64,000 bases of DNA from the NCBI GenBank assembly GCA_002269645.1, contig NIVC01002995.1, forward strand, positions 24,451-88,450. The letters run 5' to 3'. The position numbers and the translations under genes are program-made. The DNA is from Macrostomum lignano (lineage: Eukaryota). The notes beneath the pieces are model-generated. The model saw nothing but the letters and a program-made list of their open reading frames with translations. It was not told the DNA's origin and made no database searches. This document shows, in pieces, positions 26,701 to 40,209 of the stretch (within the stretch, counting starts at the first letter, position 1; the number at the start of each line of letters is the position of its first letter).

Positions 26701-29700
26701 TATCCGCCCTCGAATCCGCTCCTATCCGCCCCCGAATCCGCTCGTATCCGCCTCGAATCCGCTCCTATCCGGCCCCGAATCCGCTCCTGTCCGCCCCCGA
26801 ATCCGCTCTTATCCGCCCCGAATCCGCTCCTATCCGGCCCCGAATCCGCTCCTATCCGCCTCGAATCCGCTCCTATCCGGCCCCGAATCCGCTCCTATCC
26901 GGCCCCGAATCCGCTCCTATCCGGCCCCGAATCCGCTCCTATCCGCCTCGAATCCGCTCCTATCCGCCCCCGAATCCGCTCCTATCCTCCACGAATCCGC
27001 TCCTATCCGCCCCCGAATCCGCTCCTATCCTCCACGAATCCGCTCCTATCCGCCCCCGAATCCGCTCCTATTCGCCACGAATCCGCTCCTATCCGCCCCC
27101 GAATCCGCTCCTATCCGGCCCCGAATCCGCTCCTGTCCGCCCCCGAATCCGCTCTTATCCGCCCCGAATCCGCTCCTATCCGGCCCCGAATCCGCTCCTA
27201 TCCGCCTCGAATCCGCTCCTATCCGGCCCCGAATCCGCTCCTATCCGGCCCCGAATCCGCTCCTATCCGGCCCCGAATCCGCTCCTATCCGCCTCGAATC
27301 CGCTCCTATCCGCCCCCGAATCCGCTCCTATCCTCCACGAATCCGCTCCTATCCGCCCCCGAATCCGCTCCTATCCTCCACGAATCCGCTCCTATCCGCC
27401 CCCGAATCCGCTCCTATTCGCCACGAATCCGCTCCTATCCGCCCCCGAATCCGCTCCTATTCGCCACGAATCCGCTCCTATCCGCCCCCGAATCCGCTCC
27501 TATCCTCCACGAATCCGCTCCTATACTCCACGAATCCGCTCCTATCCGCCCCCGAATCCGCTCCTATCCTCCACGAATCCGCTCCTATCCGCCCCCGAAT
27601 CCGCTCCTATCCTCCACGAATCCGCTCCTAACCGAATTCATCGAAATTCTTTATCTATGGCTTAGGGCCCACAAAGTTAACTTCGCAAACTTAGAAAGTC
27701 CATGAAGTTGAAAGACCGTAAAAACTTTGCATAAATTTTGGAAAACTCCCGTAAACCCCAAGAGACCTCTTATAAACCATATAAACTTCCGGTAAGCCCC
27801 GGAAACTCACCTTCCTTCCGCATGCCGCTCTTCAGGCACTTCTGAAACCGGCAGTACTGGCACTGGTTCCGGTGGTGAATGTCCACCGGGCAGTTCCGGT
27901 TGCCACGGCACGTGTAGGACAGCTTCCGGCGGACTGAACGCTTGAAGAATGACTTGCAGCCTTCGCACGTGTACTGGCCGTAGTGCTTGCCTGTGCGGTG
28001 ATGGAGTGGGCCTCGATGTACGGTTTTGAGCGCTGTTTAATTGCCTTTTCGTCCTTTTAAAGTGCCATTTTTAATGGATATAAATTGGCATCCGACAACC
28101 TCACTCCCCTTAATGTACACCCAGTCTCCGACAACCTCGCTTCCCTCAATTTACATCCAGTCCCCGACAACCTCTCTCCCCTCAATGTACACCCAGTCCC
28201 CGACAACCTCTCTCCCCTCAATGTACACCCAGTCCCCGACAACCTCTCTCCCCTCAATGTACACCCAGTCCCCGACAACCTCTCTCCCCTCAATGTACAT
28301 CCAGTCGCAGTCCCCGACAACCTCAACTCCCCTCAATGTACACCCAAGTCCTCGACAACAAAGAATTTACCACGTCTGCAATTATTGCAACGCTAATCCA
28401 TAGCATTATAATGAGACATTGGGAATTTCGTCAGCAGGCGAATTGAGTTGAGAAGCTGGAGTAGGTAGATTAGTTTTCGATAACTTCATCTACCCCATGG
28501 TATTGGAATTAGAGATTTTAATCTAGTCCTCAAACTCTATGTTCCGCTCTCAAGTGGCTCAGTTTAGATATGGTTTATGTTAATGAATTCCCACAACTAT
28601 AAATATACGAGTTAAAGTTTACAATTAAATGATTGGTACAAGTCTCGATTGTTGTAACAATTGGCAGGTTTTTCGATAGCTGATGCTCTCAGCCAATCAT
28701 TGGCATTTTTTCTGACTGCTTGTTGATTCGAGGTAGCTAAATTGTGTGGTTTTAGTCACTACTCGGTTACAGAAGGGTCTATGGTATCTATCCGCTCGCT
28801 ATTCTGATTCGATCCGCTCCCTACTGTTTTGATCCGCTCCCTACTGATTCGTTCCGCTCCCTACTGATTCGATCCGCTCCCTACTGTTTACTGTTTCGAT
28901 CCGCTCCCTACTGTTTACTGTTTCGATCCGCTCCCTACTGATTCGATCCGCTTCCTACTGTTTCGATCCGCTCCCTACTGTTTCGATCCACTTCCTACTG
29001 ATTCGATCCGCTCCCTACTGTTTACTGTTTCGATCCGCTCCCTACTGTTTCGATCCGCTCCCTACTGTTTCGATCCGCTCCCTACTGATTCGATCCGCTC
29101 CCTACTGTTTCGATCCGCTCCCTACTGTTTCGATCCGCTCCCTACTGATTCGATCCGCTCCCTACTGATTCGATCCGCTCCCTACTGATTCGATCCGCTC
29201 CCTACTGATTCGATCCGCTCCCTACTGATTCGATCCGCTCCCTACTGATTCGATCCGCTCCCTACTGATTCGATCCGCTCCCTACTGATTCGATCCGCTC
29301 CCTACTGATTCGATCCGCTCCCTACTGTTTCTATCCGCTCCCTACTGATTCGATCCGCTCCCTACTGTTTCTATCCGCTCCCTACTGATTCGATCCGCTC
29401 CCTACTGTTTCGATCCGCTCCCTACTGATTCGATCCGCTACCTACTGTTTCGATCCGCTACCTACTGATTCGATCCGCTACCTACTGTTTCGATCCGCTA
29501 CCTACTGTTTCGATCCGCTCCCTACTGTTTCGATCCGCTCCTCTGATCCGCTCCCTACTGTTTCGATCCGCTCCTCTGATCCGCTCCCTATACAACATCT
29601 GAATCCGCTCCCTATAACATCTGAATCCGCTCCCTATAACATCTGAATCCGCACCCTATAACATCTGAATCCGCTCCCTATAACATCTGAATCCGCACCC

Positions 29701-30123
29701 TATAACATCTGAATCCGCTCCCTATAACATCTGAATCCGCACCCTATAACATCTGAATCCGCTCCCTATAACATCTGAATCCGCTCCCTACCCGCCATTA
29801 TCACCTGCTTACTCTCTGAGCAGCGCACGACCGATGGGGGGCACCTTACCTGAGCTCTTGTCGCCGCAGACCACGCACTCAACGTTGACGGCCTTCTCCG
29901 GATCTTCATCGTCGCAGTCGATGGAGCCTCCGCCGATGCTGGCGGGCGAGCCGGGCTCCGAGTTGGCCAGCAGCGGGGTCGAGTTGTGCAGCAGCATCGC
30001 CGTGGTGTCCCCGGCAGCTGAGCCGCCACTGCCGTCGACGGAGTCCCAGAACATCGGCTGATGCTGGTGCTGATGCTGGTGCTGATGCTGGTGCTGATGC
30101 TGGTGCCGACCTCCGTTTGACAT
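20708..30123 (-). CDS. NR2F: COUP-TF/seven-up (NR2F) nuclear receptor, about 626 aa after frame repair; exons 29850-30123, 27811-27990, 23070-23857 (apparent 1-nt frameshift near 23739-23741), 20708-21345
   Basis: DNA-binding domain [10 protein letters not shown]|[60 protein letters not shown]|VQQGR has the NR2F P-box CEGCKS. Also [10 protein letters not shown] and the ligand-binding domain WSELFIL...[26 protein letters not shown]|D...[31 protein letters not shown]...[14 protein letters not shown]. All three introns are GT-AG, phase 1. The real ATG is at 30123; the track's start at 30132 is TTG. Confidence 0.96.
21428..22865. repeat. 16 bp (gctgtacaccctgtgt) switching to 18 bp (gctgtgtacaccctgtgt) minisatellite in NR2F intron 3
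   Basis: Direct periodicity, with the unit change near 22500. Confidence 0.95.
26671..27630. repeat. 21-22 bp minisatellite (gaatccgctcctatccgccccc) in NR2F intron 2
   Basis: About 44 units. Confidence 0.95.
28090..28345. repeat. 36 bp minisatellite (cagtccccgacaacctctctcccctcaatgtacacc) in NR2F intron 1
   Basis: About 7 units. Confidence 0.92.
28790..29590. repeat. 20 bp minisatellite (gatccgctccctactgtttc) in NR2F intron 1
   Basis: About 38 units. Confidence 0.95.
29591..29790. repeat. 22 bp minisatellite (acatctgaatccgctccctata) in NR2F intron 1
   Basis: About 9 units. Confidence 0.93.
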
Positions 30124-31156
30124 TGCGTTCAAATTTGTCTCTGAGAGCTTTAGGAGAGAGAGAGAGAGATTTAGGAGATTGCTTGAGAGCGAAAGAGAAA
30201 TCGGCGATCGCGAGTCTGCTGTCTTTTATGCCGGAGATTTCCCAACTCCCGCAACTTCAGAGCGGAGCTGGGGTGGGTGGGGGGCCAGAGAGCAAAAGAG
30301 CGCTGAACCCTCCGCCCCAACCCTCTCACCCCGGGACCCCGCGGCCTCCCCTCCCCTCTCCATTCCACTCGCCTGATTCCCTGCAGTTGTCCCCCGGCTC
30401 CGCCGCCGCCGCCGCCCCGTCCCCTCCTCAGACCGGCGCTGATTTGCTGGGCCACCCCAGCCTACCGCTGAGGAATGCGGCCCAAGTCTCCTCTTTGTTG
30501 ACCCCGTCTGGTCTGGTGGTAGCGGCAAGCGGCGACGGTGGTCACCAGCCCCCCCGGTTCCTTCTGACACTTTACCCCGGGGATTATCCCGTGGGATACA
30601 AACAGCAGCGGTTTGTTTGCTCCACTCTCCCCAAGCAGGAGAGGATCAGGGAGACTGATGGGGAAGAATTTCCCAGCCACGAGGCCGGGATTTACTACGC
30701 GGGACGCTTCTTGGGACAGCTAATCTTGGATTAAGCCAAGCGGCAATTACTGCGGGACACCAGATAAGGATTGGTAGGGGCGCTGCGAGCTCGACTTGAT
30801 GGAGCATTGACTCTCTTCCAGCCTCCGAATCGAGCGCTTTTCACTGTTCCGCTTGGCCAGACTCAGTCGCCGCCCGAGCTTGCAGTGGGGGAATTCAGCG
30901 AGAGAGATAACGAGAAACAGAGAGCTGCATGGGCAGGGAAGATCCTCATTCTTGTTCTGTCTGTTTTATTGTGCAGATCTGTTGTATGCAAATGCAATGC
31001 TTGGGTGTCTTATCGCTGTAAGATCTGCGCTGAGAGAATAAATTTCTCAAGCGCTTGCGCGTGTTATTTCTGCTGCAAATCAAAAATATAGTTATGGATT
31101 TCTGGCGGAATTGCAAGAATTTTTGTGTCAACATTATATGGGGGCAGAAGAAAAGC

Positions 31157-31566
31157 TTCAGTGAGGCGCCAGTGGAAGCAGTGAGGCGCCAGTGGAAGCA
31201 GTGAAGCGCCAGTGAAAGCAGTGAGGCGCCAGTGGAAGCAGTGAGGCGCCAGTGAAAGCAGTGAGGCGCCAGTGGAAGCAGTGAGGCGCCAGTGAAAGCA
31301 GTGAGGCGCCAGTGGAAGCAGTGAGGCGCCAGTGGAAGCAGTGAAGCGCCAGTGGAAGCAGTGAGGCGCCAGTGGAAGCAGTGAGGCGCCAGTGGAAGCA
31401 GTGAGGCGCCAGTGGAAGCAGTGAGGCGCCAGTGGAAGCAGTGAGGCGCCAGTGGAAGCAGTGAGGCGCCAGTGGAAGCAGTGAGGCGCCAGTGGAAGCA
31501 GTGAGGCGCCAGTGGAAGCAGTGAGGCGCCAGTGGAAGCAGTGAGGCGCCAGTGGAAGCAGTGAAG
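31157..31566. repeat. 20 bp minisatellite (gcagtgaggcgccagtggaa)
   Basis: About 20 units. Confidence 0.95.
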
Positions 31567-32467
31567 CTCAATAAACAGTCATTGTTACAATTGTTTAAAT
31601 ATCTAGAGCTATATAGCTGTTCTAATAAAGGAGTAAGTTCCTGTGTGGTAAACTCTAGATAAAATGCTATTTAGTATATTAGTCGAACATTTGGCGTCCC
31701 AGCGGGACTATGCTCCGACCAGAGCTGCCATAGTATAAAACTGACACAGCCGTTAATGAGCTGCGGACAATACAGATCTTAATGGGGATATTTTCACACA
31801 TATCACCTAGTTCGCGACAGATCTCAGAGACTTCAACTGCACGCTTGGATACTGCGCATATAGCATTTTAACAGACACTAATTCCCAATCTCATTGACAT
31901 CTGGGACCTGGCATGCATAATATATTCATATTTTATAATTCTATGCTCATATATGCCAATTGCATCACAGCCCAGTCCGTTGCAAAAGTGTGATGCAATT
32001 CTTGCTCCCCCCATTATCTTATAATAGAATTTCGAGAAGAAACTTGAGACCACTAGCCGCATGGGAACTGCAGATCTGTATGGTTGCGGATATCTTAGAG
32101 ACCAAAAGCCCAACCAACCCCCCCCCTCTGACTTTCGCTAATCATATTCCACGTCTGCCCGTCCAATACCGCTAATTGTCTATGGGCCAAAGCCAACTCA
32201 CAGCCCCACCCTGTTGCATCAGGCGCGGGGTCTCCGAGGGCGCGGCGCCTCCCTAACTCCTCTAACCCATAGTGCCAGGGCAAATATTATGTATTGAACA
32301 GTTTTTAAATAGTGTTCGATTTCATGCCAATTTCATAAGACTCATTGCTCCACGGACTCATTGCTTACTTGATGAGGCTTGAGAGCCTGTTGCGCTCAAC
32401 CTGTGACCCGCTTTATACCCGAGTTTTTCCTCTCCGTATCTCCGTTCTCTGTTCAGTCTGATTTTCT

Positions 32468-33032
32468 CTCCCAGACAGACTCAGACTCTCCCAGACTGAC
32501 TCAGACTCTCCCAGACTGACTCAGACTCTCCCAGACTGACTCAGACTCTCCCAGATTGACTCAGACTCTCTCAGACTGACTCAGACTCTCCCAGACTGAC
32601 TCAGACTCTCCCAGACTGACTCAGACTCTCCCAGACTGACTCAGACTCTCCCAGACTGACTCAGACTCTCCCAGACTGACTCAGACTCTCCCAGACTGAC
32701 TCAGACTCTCCTAGACTGACTCAGACTCTCTCAGACTGACTCAGACTCTCCCCGACTGACTCAGACTCTCCCAGACTGACTCAGACTCTCCCAGACTGAC
32801 TCAGATTCTCCCAGACTGACTCAGACTCTCCCAGATTGACTCAGACTCTCCCAGACTGACTCAGACTCTCTCAGACTGACTCAGACTCTCCCAGACTGAC
32901 TCAGACTCTCCCAGACTGACTCAGACTCTCCCAGACTGACTCAGACTCTCCCAGACTGACTCAGACTCTCCCAGACTGACTCAGACTCTCCCAGACTGAC
33001 TCAGACTCTCCCAGACTGACTCAGACTCTCCC
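32468..33032. repeat. 20 bp minisatellite (cagactctcccagactgact)
   Basis: About 28 units. Confidence 0.95.
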
Positions 33033-33486
33033 TACAGTCTGTTGGATTTACTTAATATTTCACTCGGTCTCAACTAACCATAAAATATGCGATCCAAATA
33101 TCTGCACACTTCACTGGTCGATGAGAAAAATTTTACATTTGCGCCCAGGGTACAGACAGAGAATTCAACTCAAAGTAATGACGCAATCAGCGCCGAGGGG
33201 CCCCGCAAGCGGTATTCGTCAGACTACAGCAGCATCAGGTGCGAAATTATTCCCCGTCTTTTCATCCTCTTTTTTCTTGGCCTCCCGCCGGCCACCACCC
33301 ACCCACCTGAGAGGCACCTGGAGGCTGCGTAGATTAACCCCCACCTGCAGCAACAATTATCTTAATCGGTACACGTTCAGATTCAGACTGGAATCTAGGG
33401 GCGCCAGTCAGGCCCATCATCATCAAATATCAATTTTTGCATACGCCAATCGAGTGCAATTTTTTAATCCTACTGCAGACACTGCA

Positions 33487-35230
33487 GCTACTAGCTCCAC
33501 TACTAGCTCTACTACTAGCTCTACTACTAGCTCCAATACTGGCTCCAATACTAGCTCCACTACTAGCTCCAATACTAGCTCCAATACTAGCTCCACTACT
33601 AGCTCTACTACTAGCTCTACTACTAGCTCCAATACTGGCTCCAATACTAGCTCCACTACTAGCTCCAATACTAGCTCCAATACTAGCTCCACTACTAGCT
33701 CCAATACTAGCTCCACTACTAGCTCCAATACTAGCTCCACTACTAGCTCCACTACTAGCTCCAATACTAGCTCCACTAGTAGCTCCAATACTAGCTCCAC
33801 TACTAGCTTTACTTTTAGCTCCAATACTAGCTCCACTACTAGCTCCACTACTAGCTCCAATACTAGCTCCAATACTAGCTCCACTACTAGCTCCACTACT
33901 AGCTCTACTACTAGCTCCAATACTAGCTCCAATACTAGCTCCAATACTAGCTCCACTACTAGCTCCAATACTAGCTCCACTACTAGCTCCACTACTAGCT
34001 CCAATACTAGCTCCACCACTAGCTTCACTACTAGTTCCACTACTAGCTCCACTACTAGCTCCACTACTAGCTCCAATACTAGCTCCACTACTAGCTCCAA
34101 TACTAGCTCCACTACTAGCTCCAATACTAGCTCCACTACTAGCTCCACTACTAGCTCCACTACTAGCTCCAATACTAGCTCCACTACTAGCTCCACTACT
34201 AGCTCCACTACTAGCTCCACTACTAGCTCCACTACTAGCTCCACTACTAGCTTCACTACTAGCTCCAATACTAGCTCCAATACTAGCTCCAATACTAGCT
34301 CCACTACTAGCACCAATACTAGCTCCACTACTAGCTCCAATACTAGCTCCACTACTAGCTCCACTACTAGCTCCACTACTAGCTCCACTACTAGCTCCAA
34401 TACTAGCTCCAATACTAGCTCCACTACTAGCTCCACTACTAGCTCCAATACTAGCTCCAATACTAGCTCCACTACTAGCTCCACTACTAGCTCCAATACT
34501 AGCTCCAATACTAGCTCCACCACTAGCTCTAATACTAGCTCCAATACTAGCTCCACTACTAGCTCCAATACTAGCTCCACTACTAGCTCCACTACTAGCT
34601 CCACTACTAGCTCCACTACTAGCTCCACTACTAGCTTTACTACTAGCTCCACTACTAGCTCCACTACTAGCTCCACTACTAGCTCCACTACTAGCTCCAC
34701 TACTAGCTCCACTACTAGCTCCACTACTAGCTCCACTACTAGCTCCACTACTAGCTCCAATACTAGCTCCACTACTAGCTCCACTACTAGCTCCAATACT
34801 AGCTCCACCACTAGCTTCACTACTAGTTCCACTACTAGCTCCAATACTAGCTCCACTACTAGCTCCAATACTAGCTCCACTACTAGCTCCAATACTAGCT
34901 CCACTACTAGCTCCAATACTAGCTCCACTACTAGCTTTACTACTAGCTCCAATACTAGCTCCACTACTAGCTCCAATACTAGCTCCACTACTAGCTCCAC
35001 TACTAGCTCCACTACTAGCTCCAATACTAGCTCCAATACTAGCTCCAATACTAGCTCCAATACTAGCTCCACTACTAGCTTTACTACTAGCTCCAATACT
35101 AGCTCCACTACTAGCTCCAATACTAGCTCCACTACTAGCTCCACTACTAGCTCCACTACTAGCTCCAATACTAGCTCCAATACTAGCTCCAATACTAGCT
35201 CCAATACTAGCTCCACTACTAGCTTTACTA
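33487..35230. repeat. 12 bp minisatellite (ctagctccacta/ctagctccaata)
   Basis: About 145 units; it produces the 600-750 aa ORFs in the track. Confidence 0.96.
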
Positions 35231-36221
35231 CCAGCACACACTTGGCAGCCCTTCACTTCCCCGCCCAGCCTCCTGAACACAACACGCAAACACAGTTTCA
35301 AATGGAACATAATGAGCCACTCCGCACTGCTGCGCTGCCTTCCCAAGACGCAGGAAATGAAAAGTGATTGAACGAGTCGCTGGTTAAAGAAAATTTGACA
35401 AAAAAGGATGACCGCAGCTATAGCCGACTTTCAGTTGATGCTCGAGGCTCATGAAATATTAATAGCGGATCCGGCAGCCAGCTGCATCTGGCCGCCACTC
35501 CCTCCCTCCCACAGGACCGCGGGTCGCCGCCGCCTCCGCTGGCGCCGCGGGGGTGACTTATTAAAGCGATAATCCGGCCGGACAGGTCCCTCGCGCGCTG
35601 ACACGCGGGATTTAGGGGACCTGATAATTGCTCAATCAGTGAGAGGCAAGACAGTCAGCGTAAGGAGTAAAAATCTGTCCTCCGGACAAAACCGGCCGAC
35701 ACCAATTGGTCAAATTGATAGCGTATCCGGAACGGCAGATGCCGGGGGGGGGATATTCGGCCAGGGATTCCTGAGCCCATAGGGATCTTCGTTATGCAAA
35801 TCAGCCACCTCGGTCTTTGTCGCGCGATCGCGAGAAGAATTTTTGTCCATTTCATTTTGCCAGGGCTAGGGGGGGGGGCTAGTAGGAGTTGGATGGATAA
35901 TTGGGATTAGGGAACTGCCGCTTGGGAGTAGTTTGAGCATAGCTGAGGTCCGAGTCCTGCCATGCTGGGCTGTGCGAGACATTCAAGCTGTGGGGTACCC
36001 CGCTGTTTGACTCTTGGAGTGAAATTCCCAAAGCTGAGAGGCTCAGGTGCTCGCAAGTGGGTCAATTGTTAAAATTGCCTTTTTTGGCTTAGAAAGCTGA
36101 CCGTAAGCATTCAGGCACTTTGCCTGCAGCTGTGCATGTCTGGCTGTGGAGTGCTTCCTACAGGTCAGTGACTGATTTCTGGCTAAATTCTGTTCTGGGA
36201 AGTTTTCAATGTGAGAAGTTT

Positions 36222-37043
36222 CGGGTTGGTGTAGATTCGGGTTGGATTCGGGTTTGTGTGGATTCGGGTTGGTGTAGATTCGGGTTGGATTCGGGTTTGT
36301 GTGGATTCGGGTTGGTGTAGATTCGGGTTGGTGAAGATTCGGGTTGGTGTAGATTCGGGTTGGTGTAGATTCGGGTTGGTGTAGATTCGGGTTGGTGTAG
36401 ATTCGGGTTGGTGTAGATTCGGGTTGGTGTAGATTCGGGTTGGTGTAGATTCGGGTTGGTGTAGATTCGGGTTGGTGTAGATTCGGGTTGGTGTAGATTC
36501 GGGTTGGTGTAGTTTCGGGTTGGTGTTGATTCGGGTTGGTGTGGATTCGGGTTGGTGTAGATTCGGGTTAGTGTGGATTCGGGTTGGTGTAGATTCGGGT
36601 TGGTGTAGATTCGGGTTGGTGTAGATTCGGGTTGGTGTAGATTCGGGTTGGTGTAGATTCGGGTTGGTGTAGATTCGGGTTGGTGTAGATTCGGGTTGGT
36701 GTAGATTCGGGTTGGTGTAGATTCGGGTTGGTGTAGTTTCGGGTTGGTGTTGATTCGGGTTGGTGTGGATTCGGGTTGGTGTAGATTCGGGTTAGTGTGG
36801 ATTCGGGTTGGTGTAGATTCGGGTTGGTGTAGATTCGGGTTGGTGTAGATTCGGGTTGGTGTAGATTCGGGTTGGTGTAGATTCGGGTTGGTGTAGATTC
36901 GGGTTGGTGTAGATTCGGGTTGGTGTAGATTCGGGTTGGTGTAGATTCGGGTTGGTGTAGATTCGGGTTAGTGTGGATTCGGGTTGGTGTAGATTCGGGT
37001 TGGTGTGGATTCGGGTTGGTGTGGATTCGGGTTGGTGTAGATT
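36222..37043. repeat. 16 bp minisatellite (gattcgggttggtgta)
   Basis: About 51 units. Confidence 0.96.
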
Positions 37044-38469
37044 CTCAATAAAGTGCAGTACAGACTGCTGGCAATAAGCATTCTAATGAGCCGGATAATC
37101 ATAATGACGGGGCAGTTCAGCTGTTTTGATTTCTCATTTCCACCCTCATTATATTAATATTTCACCGTTTCAAGTCTTTGTGTGTCATACACGCATGGCA
37201 CAGACGGTCTTTGTTGATTTCAACAGCCATTGAGTGTGTCGAGGGTAGCAGATGACGCAATGCGATTTTCAATCTCAACGGGCGGGCCGGACCGGCCACG
37301 AGTTCCCTCTGAGATGGGGGGAGATTTATCCCATGGCCAAGGAAGCGCTCTACGTGGCCAGATCATTATTAGGGAATACGCTGTGGGCTCCTCCCATCGC
37401 GCCTCCTTAAGCATTCCCTTTGCAGTCGATAGCCCCAGCCTTGGGTCTAAGCTGCCGTGTCACCTTGAGAAGCAGTGTCAGTTGTTGCTCCATCGATTGC
37501 ACGGCTTGCGTAAGTTTTTGGCTCCGAAAATCTAGTTGCCAGGCTATCGGGAATACTCGCTACTCGTTAGATAGAGCACCGCTGAACAAGAGCTGCCCAC
37601 TGACATCCTGCATAGTGAGGAATCTTCTAATTATTACTATAAGCCGAACGGCTAACAGAATGGGTAAATGCCTACTAATTAGAGGCATTGATAACTGGGC
37701 TGCGCGCAAGCAGTGTCCGCAGCAGCACTTTGATAGTCGGCTTTTGTAAAAGCGGAACAACTTTTTATGCTTTTCTTGCTGTTCCTTGACAATGAATGCC
37801 AAAAGCTGTGGCTACAGGGAGTGAGTAAGTCACTGGAGAGGCCTGATGCCCTGTGACGGCTTCCTGGCAGGGCTGAAGGTCTAATGGTCTGCTGGCCGTG
37901 CGATGCAGCAGGTCTTTTTGAGCCACACGACACCAGCGGCGATGAGGGGAGCTGGGTCTGGGACTGCCCGAAGGCTTTCTCCGTTCCCTGCTCTCTTCCC
38001 CTTTTCCCTAAAAAAATAGTGGGAAGACAGATAGATAGAGCGAATGAGACAGCAACAGGGTTGAGCTGGAGGCTCCTCCATTCACTCGCCCTGTCACCCA
38101 GAGAAACACACGGTAGTGAAATCCCCACTGACTCTGGGTTGAGGTTCGGGTTACAAAGACTGGGAGATATACTGGCATAGTTGGGAGGGAAGAAGGCGGA
38201 GATCTTTGTAAAGAAATAAAGTTGACATCTTTCCACTTGGTCGGAGCCGCGGGGGTCGCAGGATTACTATGGGATACTATGGGATACTATGGGATACGAG
38301 GAGGGGAGGGAAGGGGTTGGTGGTGGAATCACAATTTTTGGCATATGTTGGATATGGCGAAGGAGAGAGGCATGGAGGAAGGGCTCTGCAGGGTTGGCTG
38401 GCCTGATGAGTTAAAGGTGGAGTTGAAGGAAGTGAGATAAGCAAAAAGACGACAGGAAGAAACAGTATG

Positions 38470-39255
38470 AGAGAGTAGAGGGAGAGTAGGGGTGAGAGGT
38501 AGATTAGGGATAAGAGGTAGAGTAGGGATGGTAGGTAAAGTAGGGATGAGAGGTAGAGTAGGGGTGAGGGGAGAGCAGGGATGAGAGGTAGAGTAGGGGT
38601 GAGGGGAGAGTAGGGATGAGAGGTAGAGTAGGGGTGAGGGGAGTAGGGATGAGAGGTAGAGTAGGGGTGAGGGGAGATTAGGGATGAGAGGTAGAGTAGG
38701 GGTGAGGGGAGAGTAGGGATGAGAGGTAGAGTAGGGGTGAGGGGAGATTAGGGATGAGAGGTAGAGTAGGGGTGAGGGGAGATTAGGGATGAGAGGTAGA
38801 GTAGGGGTGAGGGGAGAGTAGGGATGAGAGGTAGAGTAGGGGTGAGGGGAGAGTAGGGATGAGAGGTAGAGTAGGGGTGAGGGAGATTAGGGATGAGAGG
38901 TAGAGTAGGGGTGAGGGGAGATTAGGGATGAGAGGTAGAGTAGGGGTGAGGGGAGATTAGGGATGAGAGGTAGAGTAGGGGTGAGGGGAGAGTAGGGATG
39001 AGAGGTAGAGTAGGGGTGAGGGGAGAGTAGGGATGAGAGGTAGAGTAGGGGTGAGGGGAGATTAGGGATGAGAGGTAGAGTAGGGGTGAGGGGAGATTAG
39101 GGATGAGAGGTAGAGTAGGGGTGAGGGGAGAGTAGGGATGAGAGGTAGAGTAGGGGTGAGGGGAGAGTAGGGATGAGAGGTAGAGTAGGGGTGAGGGGAG
39201 AGTAGGGATGAGAGGTAGAGTAGGGGTGAGGGGAGATTAGGGATGAGAGGTAGAG
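38470..39255. repeat. 35 bp purine-rich minisatellite (agagtaggggtgaggggagattagggatgagaggt)
   Basis: About 21 units. Confidence 0.95.
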
Positions 39256-39649
39256 AAGCGCCAGCAGGTCCAGTCGGAGTCAGTGAGGGATGGTGGCAAG
39301 CCAATGAACGGGGCAGAAGCCGGTGTGTCAGGAGGATGACCGGCCTTGACGCTTTTTAAGCAGCAGCGAGTCTCCATCAACCTCTACGCCTCATCAATCT
39401 TAAAAGCCCGGATTGCAGAGCTGGGCATTGGGAAGGCAGTGGGGGGGGGGAGGTCGCAGCGGCCGCTATCCATCTCGCCCCCTTGGACTGACACTTGCAT
39501 AGATTAAAGTTCAGTTCGAAATTGGTTTGAGCCCAAATTGAGTGGCCGAGTAGCTTTTTCTATGAGATATTAATTGGACCTCCGGCTGCCTGACGAACCG
39601 GGGGTACTGGGGAAACTTTGGGGAACCACAGTGGGAAAAACACGGTGGG

Positions 39650-40205
39650 GATTGGAGATCTTCAGACATTGAGAATGAGGGATCTGCAGACACTGGGAAT
39701 GAGGGATCTGCAGACATTGGGAATGAGGGGTCTGCAGACACTGGGAATGAGGGATCTGCAGACATTGGGAATGAGGGGTCTGCAGACACTGGGAATGAGG
39801 GATCTGCAGACATTGGGAATGAGGGGTCTGCAGACACTGGGAATGAGGGATCTGCAGACATTGGGAATGAGGGGTCTGCAGACACTGGGAATGAGGGATC
39901 TACAGACACTGGGAATGAGGGATCTGCAGACACTGGGAATGAGGGATCTGCAGACATTGAGAATGAGGGATCTGCAGACATTGAGAATGAGGGATCTGCA
40001 GACATTGAGAATGAGGGATCTGCAGACATTGAGAATGAGGGATCTGCAGACATTGAGAATGAGGGATCTGCAGACACTGGGAATGAGGGATCTGCAGACA
40101 TTGAGAATGAGGGATCTGCAGACATTGAGAATGAGGGATCTGCAGACACTGGGAATGAGGGATCTGCAGACATTGAGAATGAGGGATCTGCAGACACTGG
40201 GAATG
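39650..40205. repeat. 24 bp minisatellite (gggatctgcagacactgggaatga)
   Basis: About 23 units. Confidence 0.95.
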
Positions 40206-40209
40206 AATG

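Noticed and set aside
38470-39255. TTAGGG hexamers as an interstitial telomere
   Set aside because: Single hexamers inside a subset of 35-bp units, not tandem (TTAGGG)n.
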